Positions 6,811 through 15,688 of a stretch of 64,000 bases of DNA are shown piece by piece. Origin of the DNA: Candidatus Altiarchaeota archaeon. GTDB taxonomy: Archaea > Altiarchaeota > Altiarchaeia > IMC4 > SCGC-AAA252-I15. The DNA lies in the NCBI GenBank assembly GCA_043800255.1, contig JAZDNF010000008.1:92622-156621 (forward strand), read 5' to 3'. The stretch's first letter is position 1. Each line of letters starts with the position of its first letter. The notes under the pieces were generated by a model. It saw nothing but the letters and a program-made list of their open reading frames with translations. It did no database searches and had not been told where the DNA came from. The translations under genes were made by a program, and so were the position numbers.

Positions 6811-8981
6811 CTTTGGGAGAGGGGAATGCTTATAAGATTCCAGCCTGGGAGAAGTTGCATTTGTGCCCTTGCAGGGTGTACTGTTATCGTACCGCTCATG
6901 CTGGGATAGTATTGGCAGTGGTAATTGATTGTTCCGGTGTTGTTGAACTGGAAGCTGAAGGACTCGCCCTGCTCAAGGTCTCCTGAGTCAAAAAGCGAAC
7001 TGCTATCATCTACCAGACGATGTATCGGATACTCCCAGTTAGTCCAGTTTATGATGTCATAAGCCAGTATTATCCTGTCCTGGGGGTCGAACCTGCTGTC
7101 GGTCATATTGACATTCAACGTTTCTATGATAGTAGTCGTCGTTGACGTGGACGACGTGGTGCTGGTCGACGTCGTCGTCGACGAAATCAAAGTCGAAGTC
7201 GAGGTGGTGCTGGTTGAGGTGCTGGTTGAAGTTGAAGATGAAGTGCTGGTTGAAGTTGAAGATGTGGTGCTCGTTGAGGTGCTGGTCGAGCTCGTGGAAC
7301 TGGTTGAACTTGATGAGGTGGTCGTAGTTGTAACCCCTGTGCAGACCGCATCGCCGCTGCATTCTCCGTCATTGCAGTTCAACAGTCCGTCCTGGTCGTT
7401 GTCTGCCGAGTCCGAACAGTAGGTCTCATTGCCACAATCTGCTGAGCATGCTTCCCCCACATCGCAGAAACCATCACCGCAACTGGAACTGACATCAAAA
7501 TTGATATGCACGAAGTCAATATTCTGGTAGGTTATCGTGATGTTGGGGTAGTCAACCCAAGAGTCAGGGCTTGACCAATTCCCGACCTCTGCGAGCCCCA
7601 GACCATTGTCCATAGCCTCCAAGAGATAATTGCGAGTGTGGTCCACATCTTCCCTCTGCGCTTCCCAGTACAGCAAGTCGGCCATGACGGAATCGGCTGA
7701 CACCGCGTCAACTGCGAAAAAGAGCAGTTCAGGTGTTCCCTCTGACCCGAATCTCCTGGTCCACAGGGAGGGGGGATTATAGTTACTACTAACACCGCCG
7801 ATTATAGCATCGCCTAAAACGAGGATAGTCTTGTCCCGGATGTGAGTGTTGTTGTATATGTCGACGAGGCAGTTGTCTGTGCGGTTGAATCTGGCATTAT
7901 GGAATGCTGTGCTGAAGGTAGTCCCCCCGTCGGGTCTTATAGAGCCAAAATGGTTTTTGAAGGCTAGCGTCGCCGACGGATTCGGATAGGTACCATGCCG
8001 CTTTACAATCGGGATGTTTATCAGATAGTCGGCATTGACTAGCGCGTCATTTAAGGCTAATGTCAGGTTTGGATTATACCTGAAGGTTATGTTCGAGTTG
8101 TGTGTGGCTCCGCTGAATGTTGTGAGGTTGACATTCGATGGTTTTCCGCTGGAGATTGCGCTGAAGAAGGTTATGTTATAGGTTGAACGGTTTATGAATT
8201 CGCCAACGTAAAAGGTCTTGTACGACTCGTAGACCCAGACATCTTGGGCTGATATGTCAGAGCCAAAAGCCTCCAGCAGACTTTTTACCAGAGAGTTCAC
8301 AATCTCGATCAGCGCATCGATGTCCGGATCGCTGGCTAATGTCCCAGTCCACGATGCAACATTATTCATGTTCACCTTTACTGCAATCTTCTGGTGGGCG
8401 GTGTAGTTTGGGATTAGGACATGCCATGCGTCTGTGACGTTAGCGGTTCCTGTCAACTCTGTCAGGCCTCTGTAGGTCATCTCATCTATGACGGTCTGGT
8501 TTATCATAGTCCAATAGGGATCGCCTGTGCTGTTCCAGGTGCTCGCATCCCTGTTATGGACCACAACAACCCTGTGAGGTGAGGGGAGTGAAGACTGCGC
8601 TGGACTGAAGAGAGAGGAGCGGAGTACAGGCCTGGCCGCCAACTCAGCCCTCAGCGACTCCAACTCTGCCAACTCCCTCGAAATCAGAACCCTGTCATAG
8701 GCCTGGAAGACAGAGAACGCGAGCAATCCGACAACGGCGACAAACAGAACCGAACCGCATAGTCTGGTCCAGTTTAACTTTTCCCTGAAAAAGACGACAG
8801 CCTCCCGGAAGTAGAAGGACGGCACGGCAATGAAAAAGAGGTAGGAGTTGTACGCAGCAGCTTTCTGGCAGGGGTAGTTTATCCTCGAAGGCCTCCTCCC
8901 AGTTCTAAGCAGGAGCCAGAATAGGGAGAAGATACTGAAAAACAGGTAATTTTGTTTGAAACGCCGCCACAATCTTATCAT
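6807..8981 (-). CDS. Membrane-anchored DUF362-domain surface protein with Cys/Ca-binding motif, Ser/Thr linker and cupredoxin-like C-terminal domain
   Basis: PSRINYPCQKAA, KIAVKVN, ADYLINIPIVKRH, LAFKNHFG (DUF362); DNDQDGLLNC; long S/T tract; FDPQ...INWTN...H...YHCQYYPSMSGTITV; terminal LLPGWNLISIP. Confidence 0.8.
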   Translation of the reverse strand: MIRLWRRFKQNYLFFSIFSLFWLLLRTGRRPSRINYPCQKAAAYNSYLFFIAVPSFYFREAVVFFREKLNWTRLCGSVLFVAVVGLLAFSVFQAYDRVLISRELAELESLRAELAARPVLRSSLFSPAQSSLPSPHRVVVVHNRDASTWNSTGDPYWTMINQTVIDEMTYRGLTELTGTANVTDAWHVLIPNYTAHQKIAVKVNMNNVASWTGTLASDPDIDALIEIVNSLVKSLLEAFGSDISAQDVWVYESYKTFYVGEFINRSTYNITFFSAISSGKPSNVNLTTFSGATHNSNITFRYNPNLTLALNDALVNADYLINIPIVKRHGTYPNPSATLAFKNHFGSIRPDGGTTFSTAFHNARFNRTDNCLVDIYNNTHIRDKTILVLGDAIIGGVSSNYNPPSLWTRRFGSEGTPELLFFAVDAVSADSVMADLLYWEAQREDVDHTRNYLLEAMDNGLGLAEVGNWSSPDSWVDYPNITITYQNIDFVHINFDVSSSCGDGFCDVGEACSADCGNETYCSDSADNDQDGLLNCNDGECSGDAVCTGVTTTTTSSSSTSSTSSTSTSTSTTSSTSTSTSSSTSTSTSTSTTSTSTLISSTTTSTSTTSSTSTTTTIIETLNVNMTDSRFDPQDRIILAYDIINWTNWEYPIHRLVDDSSSLFDSGDLEQGESFSFQFNNTGTINYHCQYYPSMSGTITVHPARAQMQLLPGWNLISIPLSQS
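7128..7335 (-). repeat. Low-complexity Ser/Thr linker coding repeats
   Basis: Iterated GAAGTTGAAGATG / GTGCTGGTTGA units encoding TSTSTSSS tracts. Confidence 0.8.
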
Positions 8982-9013
8982 GATTAATAAATTATAAAAC
9001 AGAATAAAGTATC

Positions 9014-9781
9014 ATGAGATATGGCAGGGCATATTCTGTTTGCATGGCTTTTGTTTTCGCATTCGTTATTCTTTCGGCTTTTTCCGCAGGACAGGCTAAC
9101 AAGACGTCGGACGATAGGATAGAAAAGGCGGTCAATTATGCCATATCCGAGCTGACAAAAGGCGTTGAGCCGAAAGAGATTGCTGACGCTCTGATAGACA
9201 GAGGTTACAGCAACCAGGAGATCAGACAGGTGCAGGAGAAAGCGAACGCGAAAATTCTGGAGATTAGAGCAGACCTCGGGCAGATAAACAAGGATGGAGT
9301 AGATATCGCATCAACCAGGGATTACCTGAGAGAACAGGGATTCACCGACGAGCAGATAGATGAGAGTATGAGATTCCTGAAGGAGAGGATGATGGCAGCC
9401 GAGGAGACGGTCAGCGCAGGCAAGACTGATGAGAGAACATCCGACAGCCTTCTCTCATGGGATTTGATACTGAATCTTATCATAATACTGCTGCTGTTTT
9501 TCATAATCGTGCTCATCTTCTACGTCTACTGGAAGAGCAGGAGAGACTCCAGAAGAGAAGGGTCAGACGAGGACATGGAATCTGAGCTGAAAAAGCTGAC
9601 GGACGAGAAAAAAGAGCTTGAGGAGCTGATAAGCCTCGCCCAGAAAAAATACCACAAGAGGAAGATAGACGAGGAAAGCTTCAGGGAAATAGTAAGAGAC
9701 CACCAGAAGAAGCTCATAGAAGTAGAATCAAAGATAAGCAAAATCGAGAAGAGGGTTAAAAAGCTCGAAGACAAGAGTTAA
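9014..9781 (+). CDS. Membrane protein with signal peptide, internal TM and C-terminal coiled coil
   Basis: Hydrophobic N-terminus, TM LILNLIIILLLFFIIVLIFYVYW, then K/E-rich heptads (KYHKRKIDEESFREI). Confidence 0.75.
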   Translation: MRYGRAYSVCMAFVFAFVILSAFSAGQANKTSDDRIEKAVNYAISELTKGVEPKEIADALIDRGYSNQEIRQVQEKANAKILEIRADLGQINKDGVDIASTRDYLREQGFTDEQIDESMRFLKERMMAAEETVSAGKTDERTSDSLLSWDLILNLIIILLLFFIIVLIFYVYWKSRRDSRREGSDEDMESELKKLTDEKKELEELISLAQKKYHKRKIDEESFREIVRDHQKKLIEVESKISKIEKRVKKLEDKS

Positions 9782-9786
9782 TGCCC

Positions 9787-10236
9787 TCAGCCGAGCACCA
9801 ACAGCTTCGAAACCCTTGAATTCTGCTTAAGCTTCAAGCCGGTGCCGCCAACATCCAATGGGAGGACATAATCGCCCTTCCATTCATGGACTACCAGCGT
9901 CGTGTGAGTGCTGCCTGACTTCAGAAGCCGCGGATGAGGCGACAGCAGGCCCAGACCGTCTATGGGCGCCACAGACTCATTTAAAGTTATCAGATAGCGT
10001 CCCCCACCAAGATCCCACCAGCCGTGCTCTTCGCCCTTTTTCTTTGAAGGCGCGAGCTTCTCCCTTTTAGGTTCAATATGCTCGCTTCCCCCGAAATCAA
10101 GCTGACCCCCGCCCGTAAGCCGGTACACTTCCTTCACGGTCAGGTCCACACTGTACCTGTGAACCTGCTTTTCCGAGGAGAGTATATTCTTCACGGAATC
10201 AGCCAAATCCTCGCCGGATATAAGTTCCATCAGCAA
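9787..10236 (-). CDS. dCTP deaminase/dUTPase-fold protein (short archaeal type)
   Basis: SVDLTVKEVY, GQLDFGGSE, WWDLGGGRYLITLNE, LKQNSRVSKL. Confidence 0.75.
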   Translation of the reverse strand: MLMELISGEDLADSVKNILSSEKQVHRYSVDLTVKEVYRLTGGGQLDFGGSEHIEPKREKLAPSKKKGEEHGWWDLGGGRYLITLNESVAPIDGLGLLSPHPRLLKSGSTHTTLVVHEWKGDYVLPLDVGGTGLKLKQNSRVSKLLVLG

Positions 10237-10244
10237 CCACCTCC

Positions 10245-10880
10245 TTATTTATGATGTTCTGCTATAGCCTCATAAAGTTTATCGAAATTCCTATCCTGCA
10301 GCGCGGAAAGCTCGACCACAGGATACTCAGAGTAGACTTCCCTGATCGTCCTAGCATCGGCGTCGGGGAGGTCTGCCTTGTTCGCCACCAGTATGGCTGG
10401 GATGCTCTTAGACTCAAGAGCCCCGAGGATGAGAGAGTTCACAGGGTCCAGGGGATCCTCAGTGGAATCGAACACCAGGAGGGCGACGTCAATGTGGTCT
10501 AAAAGCTTCACGGCCATCTTCACGCCGTCTATGGCCTCCCTAACCCTAAGATTAGCCTCCTCATTGCTCATGTGCTTAAGAAAGGACTGGAAGTGCTTGC
10601 CCATCAGATCCCGCTTGTGCGATATGCCTGGAACGTCTATCAGGTCTATAGTAATCTCCTTGCCCTTGACCTTGATCTTGACTTCCTTGATCTGTTTGAT
10701 CCTCCGCGTCTCATGCGGGAGGTCGGATACCTTTCCCAATTCTTTGCCAGTCCACTCCAGGCTTATCCTGTTCGCTAGACTGGTTTTGCCTGCGTTGGGA
10801 ATCCCGTAGATTGCCAGCCTGAAGCTTTTTTTGCGGCCGAATATCCGGTTAACCCACCTGAGAAAACGCCTCAAAGGCAT
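10245..10880 (-). CDS. Archaeal Era-like small GTPase
   Basis: G1 GIPNAGKTS, PHETR, G3 DVPG, G4 NKAD, G5 SAL. Confidence 0.9.
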   Translation of the reverse strand: MPLRRFLRWVNRIFGRKKSFRLAIYGIPNAGKTSLANRISLEWTGKELGKVSDLPHETRRIKQIKEVKIKVKGKEITIDLIDVPGISHKRDLMGKHFQSFLKHMSNEEANLRVREAIDGVKMAVKLLDHIDVALLVFDSTEDPLDPVNSLILGALESKSIPAILVANKADLPDADARTIREVYSEYPVVELSALQDRNFDKLYEAIAEHHK

Positions 10881-10933
10881 GTTATTGATTGTGACTAGGA
10901 TATAATAAACCTGCCCGCCCCTAATTTAAACTG

Positions 10934-11626
10934 ATGGCTGTGAATGAGAAAAGGGGAGTGTCTGCAAAATCTTTCAGGGTTCTCACCGAGAAAGAGGTCG
11001 AAGCCAGACGGAAGGCTCTGACGAAAAACCTTCCATCACAGACTCTTATAGGGACTGGCGGCAGCCAGCTGAGTGAGATAAAAACCATGCGAACAGGGGA
11101 GAGACTCTTCATGCAATATGAGAGCCTGCCGCCTGAGGAGCAGAGAACCCATGAGAAGTGCATGAGAGACGCCATCAAGGTGACTCTGGAGGGCATCGAA
11201 GAAGGGAACACGCCGTTCGGCGCCGTAATAATCAGCCCAGAGGGGAAGACAGTCAGCAGAAGCCATAATACCGTCTGGCAGCCGCCTGTGGACCCGACAA
11301 GGCACGCCGAGAATAATGCCATAAACGAGGCCTTCAAAACCCTTAACCTGAAGAACCCAAAACTCGAAGGACACACGCTGTACACCACCTGCGAGCCCTG
11401 CCCGATGTGCCTGTCGGCAGCCCACTGGGCTGGCATAGGAACAGTAGTCTTCGGCGCAAGGATAGGTGACGCGCAGAAGGCCGGCTTCACCGAACTAACA
11501 ATATCGGCGGAGGATATGATAAGACTGGGCGGCAGCCAGATGAAGGTGGTTGAAGGCGTCCTCGAAGGCGAATGCAGACAACTCTTCGACATCTGGAAGA
11601 GGAAGGGAAAAAGCGGAGTCTACTGA
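10934..11626 (+). CDS. Zn-dependent nucleoside/guanine deaminase (CDA fold) with ~70-aa N-terminal extension
   Basis: PFGAVI, DPTRHAE, TCEPCPMCLSA motifs. Confidence 0.85.
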   Translation: MAVNEKRGVSAKSFRVLTEKEVEARRKALTKNLPSQTLIGTGGSQLSEIKTMRTGERLFMQYESLPPEEQRTHEKCMRDAIKVTLEGIEEGNTPFGAVIISPEGKTVSRSHNTVWQPPVDPTRHAENNAINEAFKTLNLKNPKLEGHTLYTTCEPCPMCLSAAHWAGIGTVVFGARIGDAQKAGFTELTISAEDMIRLGGSQMKVVEGVLEGECRQLFDIWKRKGKSGVY

Positions 11627-12162
11627 ACGAACTCTTCTATCGCATAAACTATGCCGTTTATTATCAGGCTGCTGCTCTCCGACTTTACGCTGATATTCTT
11701 CAGTTTTTTCCCGTCTGAGAAGTAATCCGAGCTGAAAGCATGCCTGAGAAAGTGAACTGCGGATGAAGGGACCGGACCGAGTTCGACAGAGTGTGAGCCT
11801 GACTCAACGCCGACGGAATCGGGAAAGCTCCCGCAGTAGAACAATAGTGTCGCAGGCTTTCCCTCCAGCTTCCTGAAGTCGCTTTCAGGGATGCCGAGTA
11901 CCGGGTCGAACTCGTATTTGACTCCTTCAACGATGTCAAGCAACTGTATGATAACATCCGGCATGTTCTCAGACGTCAGGTCCGACTTCAGCAGGTCAAC
12001 ATGAGACTTGGCCTCCGCCACCGTACTAACTTCGACACCGGAGAATAGGCGAACGACTGGGAGAGGTTTCGGCAGGGTGTCAACGGTGCCAGCCTCCCCG
12101 GCGAGGCGGATTTTGATCCTCGTCAGACTGAACAGCTTCTTCACGTTCTTCGAGTGCCGCAT
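11620..12162 (-). CDS. Hypothetical protein
   Basis: ORF with typical codon usage; ATG at 12162 preferred over the TTG at 12195, which collides with the divergent gene. Confidence 0.6.
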   Translation of the reverse strand: MRHSKNVKKLFSLTRIKIRLAGEAGTVDTLPKPLPVVRLFSGVEVSTVAEAKSHVDLLKSDLTSENMPDVIIQLLDIVEGVKYEFDPVLGIPESDFRKLEGKPATLLFYCGSFPDSVGVESGSHSVELGPVPSSAVHFLRHAFSSDYFSDGKKLKNISVKSESSSLIINGIVYAIEEFVQ

Positions 12163-12194
12163 ATTATTAGAATAGCGCTTCAAAGTATTATCCA

Positions 12195-12827
12195 ATGGCT
12201 GAGGGCAGGATCGGGACGGACGAAGCCGGCAAGGGAGACTACTTCGGATACCTTGTTGTCGCAGGAGTGTATGCTGACGCTGAGATCGAGAAGACCCTCA
12301 AGCATTATGGCGTGAAAGACTCGAAGATGCTGTCGGATAGGAGAGTGAATGAGATTGCGAAACTCGTGAGGAGAACCTGCCAGCATGATATCGTCAGGAT
12401 AAGCCCGAAAAAGTACAACCAACTCTATGATAAGCTCGGGAACATGAACCTGATACTGGCGTGGGCCCATGCTAGGGCGATAGAGAACCTGCTGCCGAAG
12501 GTGAAATGCGACACCGTGATATCAGACCAGTTCGGGGACAGGAAGTTCCTGGAGGAGAAGCTGATGGAGGAGGGCAGAAAAGTCAGGCTGATCCAGAAGT
12601 TCAGGGCCGAATCGGACACAGCAGTCGCGGCAGCGTCGATACTCGCAAGAGACTACTATTTGAGCAGCCTGAAAAGGCTGTCCCAAAGATACGGAATAGA
12701 ACTGCCGAAAGGCTCAACCCATGTTATGGAAGCCGGCAGGGAGCTGGTGAAAAAACACGGCCAAGAGGTGCTGGATGAGATTGCGAAAAAGCATTTTAAG
12801 ACGACCTCGACAATATTAAGGAGCTAG
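12195..12827 (+). CDS. rnhC: Ribonuclease HIII-type (type 2 RNase H), catalytic domain only
   Basis: IGTDEAGKGDYFGYLVVA, VKDSK, LAWAHARAIENLL, ISDQFG, AVAAASILAR, KKHFKT. Confidence 0.8.
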   Translation: MAEGRIGTDEAGKGDYFGYLVVAGVYADAEIEKTLKHYGVKDSKMLSDRRVNEIAKLVRRTCQHDIVRISPKKYNQLYDKLGNMNLILAWAHARAIENLLPKVKCDTVISDQFGDRKFLEEKLMEEGRKVRLIQKFRAESDTAVAAASILARDYYLSSLKRLSQRYGIELPKGSTHVMEAGRELVKKHGQEVLDEIAKKHFKTTSTILRS

Positions 12828-12828
12828 G

Positions 12829-13449
12829 ATGTACCCAGTATACTATTACGAGCCGAAGCCGCCAGTGAGGATAGGACCGTTCACATTCTCGAGGAGGGAG
12901 CTGCACGACATATTCTGGTCGTGGCTTGTCATCTCCCTCGCATTCACGATAGTGATGTCACCCTCAGGGCTGACGCCCGCACTGTTCGGCGTATTCATAT
13001 TCTCCGCCCTCACAGTTGGAATAGGATTCCTCTCCCACGAGCTCGCCCACAGGACGATGGCAAGGAGATACGGATGCCACGCCGAATTCGTCGGATTCCC
13101 GAACATGTGGTGGATTGCGCTGCTGAGCTCGCTCATCGGATTCATCTTCGCAGCCCCGGGAGCCGTCATGATATCAGGATACGTCGACAGGAGGAGGAAC
13201 GGCATCATCAGCCTCGCAGGGCCGGTGACGAACCTGCTGATAGCGATCATATTCCTGGCGCTCGCCCCCCATCTGGGAGACACTATCCTGAGAGACTTCG
13301 CCCTCTTCGGCTACAGGATAAACGGCTGGCTGGCGCTTTTCAACCTCATACCCTTCGGAGGCCTTGACGGCTCGAAAGTTTTAGCCTGGAACAAGGGCGT
13401 CTACGCTGCCGCATTCATGGCAGCCTTCGTCTTCGCCTTCATCCTGTAA
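12829..13449 (+). CDS. Site-2 protease (peptidase M50)
   Basis: HELAH, SLAGPVTN, FNLIPFGGLDG; multiple TMs. Confidence 0.9.
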   Translation: MYPVYYYEPKPPVRIGPFTFSRRELHDIFWSWLVISLAFTIVMSPSGLTPALFGVFIFSALTVGIGFLSHELAHRTMARRYGCHAEFVGFPNMWWIALLSSLIGFIFAAPGAVMISGYVDRRRNGIISLAGPVTNLLIAIIFLALAPHLGDTILRDFALFGYRINGWLALFNLIPFGGLDGSKVLAWNKGVYAAAFMAAFVFAFIL

Positions 13450-13514
13450 ACAACCGCCGATCAGAGACTGGTGGAATATCGCGTTTAAAAAGCGGCTGAC
13501 AATAGTATTATTCT

Positions 13515-14813
13515 ATGGAAAAACCGAGGGTAGAAGCCAGCCTGAAGAGGGAGCTCGGCCTGTTCGAGACAACAGCGTACGGCATAGGGATAATACTGGG
13601 CGCGGGGATATACGTTCTGATAGGGAAGGCTGCGGGAGTCGCCGGAAACTCCGTCTGGCTTTCCTTCATGATAGCGGCCGTCCTAGCGTCGTTCACGGGA
13701 TTAAGCTACGCTGAACTGTCATCATTGTTCCAGAAGGATTCCGCAGAATACACCTACACGAAGAAGGCCTTCAGGAACCCGCTGCTGTCTTTCATGATAG
13801 GCTATCTGATAGTCGTGACAGGAGTCGTTGGAACCGCAACCGTCGCGTTAGGGTTCAGCGGATACTTCTCAGCCCTCTTCCACACGCCCATAATCATGAT
13901 AGCTATCCTGGCGATAATCCTCTTCTCCATCCTGAACTTTTACGGCATAAAGCAGTCGGCAGAGATTAACGTGATATTCACCTTCATAGAGGCCGGCGGC
14001 CTCGTGCTCATAATCCTGCTGGGCTTGAACCACATAGGAGAGGTAGACTACTTCGAGATGCCTGCAGGATTCTCCGGCGTGCTGACAGCATCCGCGCTCA
14101 TATTCTTCGCCTACATCGGGTTTGAGGACATCGTGAAACTGGGCGAGGAGGTTAAGGACCCGCAGAAGACGCTGCCGAAGGCCCTCATACTATCGATAAT
14201 AATAACCACTGTAATCTACATCCTGCTGTCGGTGTCTGTCATCAGCATCATGCCTGCCGATGAGCTGGGGAAATCCGACGCGCCGCTTGCCGACGTCGCT
14301 GCAAAGGCGATGGGCTCCAAGGCGTTCCTAATCCTTTCGGTGGTGGCATTGTTCTCCACCTCAAACACTGTGCTCATACTGCTCATCTCGACCTCGAGGA
14401 TGCTGTACGGCCTAAGCTGCGAGAGGTGCCTTCCAAAGTACCTGATGAAAGTGCATCCGAAGACGGCGACGCCGTGGCTTTCAATCATCACCGTGATGGC
14501 AGCTGCAGTCGCATTCTCGATGGCAGGCAGCATAGAGTACGTCGCCAATGTGACGAACCTCGGGACTTTTCTAGTCTTCACGCTCGTGAACCTGTCGCTG
14601 ATAAAGCTGAGATACAGCATGCCCGATGCCGAGCGGGGCTTCAAGGTGCCTTTCAACATAGGAAGATTCCCGCTGACGGCCGGAGTCGGCATCGTTTTCA
14701 CATTGTTCATGGTAGGACAGTTCACGGCTGACATACTCATTTCTGGAGCAGGTATAATAGGGTTCGGGCTGCTGCTCTACGGCGTACTGGGGCAGGTAAG
14801 AAAATCAGGATGA
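13515..14813 (+). CDS. APC-family amino acid permease
   Basis: GIILGAGIYVL, SYAELSS, FFAYIGFE, ~12 TMs. Confidence 0.9.
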   Translation: MEKPRVEASLKRELGLFETTAYGIGIILGAGIYVLIGKAAGVAGNSVWLSFMIAAVLASFTGLSYAELSSLFQKDSAEYTYTKKAFRNPLLSFMIGYLIVVTGVVGTATVALGFSGYFSALFHTPIIMIAILAIILFSILNFYGIKQSAEINVIFTFIEAGGLVLIILLGLNHIGEVDYFEMPAGFSGVLTASALIFFAYIGFEDIVKLGEEVKDPQKTLPKALILSIIITTVIYILLSVSVISIMPADELGKSDAPLADVAAKAMGSKAFLILSVVALFSTSNTVLILLISTSRMLYGLSCERCLPKYLMKVHPKTATPWLSIITVMAAAVAFSMAGSIEYVANVTNLGTFLVFTLVNLSLIKLRYSMPDAERGFKVPFNIGRFPLTAGVGIVFTLFMVGQFTADILISGAGIIGFGLLLYGVLGQVRKSG

Positions 14814-15466
14814 GATTCGAACTGCATTCTCACACCAACGTCATCGACGGCCGAAGCACACCAGAGGAAATCGTAAGAGCCGCCGTCGGCAGGGGATTGG
14901 ACGGCATAGCCATAACAGACCACGATCAGGTGAGAGGCAACCTGGAGGCGAGAAGATTCGCGCCTGAGGGTTTCACCGTAATCCCAGGAATCGAACTCTC
15001 TGCTAGGGAGGGCCACATAATCTGCCTCGGCAGCATCGACATACCTGAAGACTTTCTGGGGGTGATGAAGAATCCTGAAAAGCAGAAGCCTGCCTCAGAG
15101 ATCATTAACCTGATACACGACATCGGAGGGCTGGCGATAGCAGCCCACCCCTATGACCTGATAAGGAACGGCGTCGGAGACCTTGTCTACGAGCTGGAGT
15201 TCGACGCCATAGAGGTTTTGAACGGCCACACGCTATTGAACAGGAAAAGCCCTGTCAAGGCCGCGAAGAAACTGGGAATTCCGATGGTCGGCGGGACGGA
15301 CGCCCACAACGCATACGAGGTGGGAAACGTGACAGTAGAATGCGGAGCAGACATCCTAGACGAGATAAGGAATGACAAGGTTAGGATAATATCTGCCAGC
15401 AGAGCAAAGCTGGCTGCAGACTTCATGAGATCAGGGATACTGAAGTCGTATTTCAGGTTGGCGTGA
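14810..15466 (+). CDS. PHP-domain metal-dependent phosphoesterase
   Basis: LHSHT, AITDHD, PGIE, AHPY, GGTDAH. Confidence 0.9.
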   Translation: MRFELHSHTNVIDGRSTPEEIVRAAVGRGLDGIAITDHDQVRGNLEARRFAPEGFTVIPGIELSAREGHIICLGSIDIPEDFLGVMKNPEKQKPASEIINLIHDIGGLAIAAHPYDLIRNGVGDLVYELEFDAIEVLNGHTLLNRKSPVKAAKKLGIPMVGGTDAHNAYEVGNVTVECGADILDEIRNDKVRIISASRAKLAADFMRSGILKSYFRLA

Positions 15467-15650
15467 ACTCCTCTCTAGAGTAGCCGTCTTCTTCCGTCTC
15501 CTGGTGCACGTCCCCGTACATGTCCCTGTAGTATCCTGCATCCTCTGACACTGCAGGAGACGTGTCCTCTGACGCCGCAGGAGACGTGTCCTCGATGATC
15601 TTTTTCGTCGTCTTCTTCTTCCTGACTGTTGCCTTCTTTTTTCCGGCCAT
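15453..15650 (-). CDS. Small basic-N-terminal / acidic-C-terminal protein with 24-bp tandem repeat
   Basis: MAGKKKATVRKKKTTKK...EDTSPAAS-EDTSPAVS; repeat units 15541-15564 and 15565-15588; divergent from trpE with shared AT-rich promoter region. Confidence 0.6.
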   Translation of the reverse strand: MAGKKKATVRKKKTTKKIIEDTSPAASEDTSPAVSEDAGYYRDMYGDVHQETEEDGYSREEFTPT

Positions 15651-15688
15651 CTTCTAATATTTATCCATTAGGCTTTATATCTGATAGT

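Noticed and set aside
7128-7335. Repeat tract as possible CRISPR array or VNTR element
   Set aside because: No spacers; it is in-frame Ser/Thr linker coding sequence
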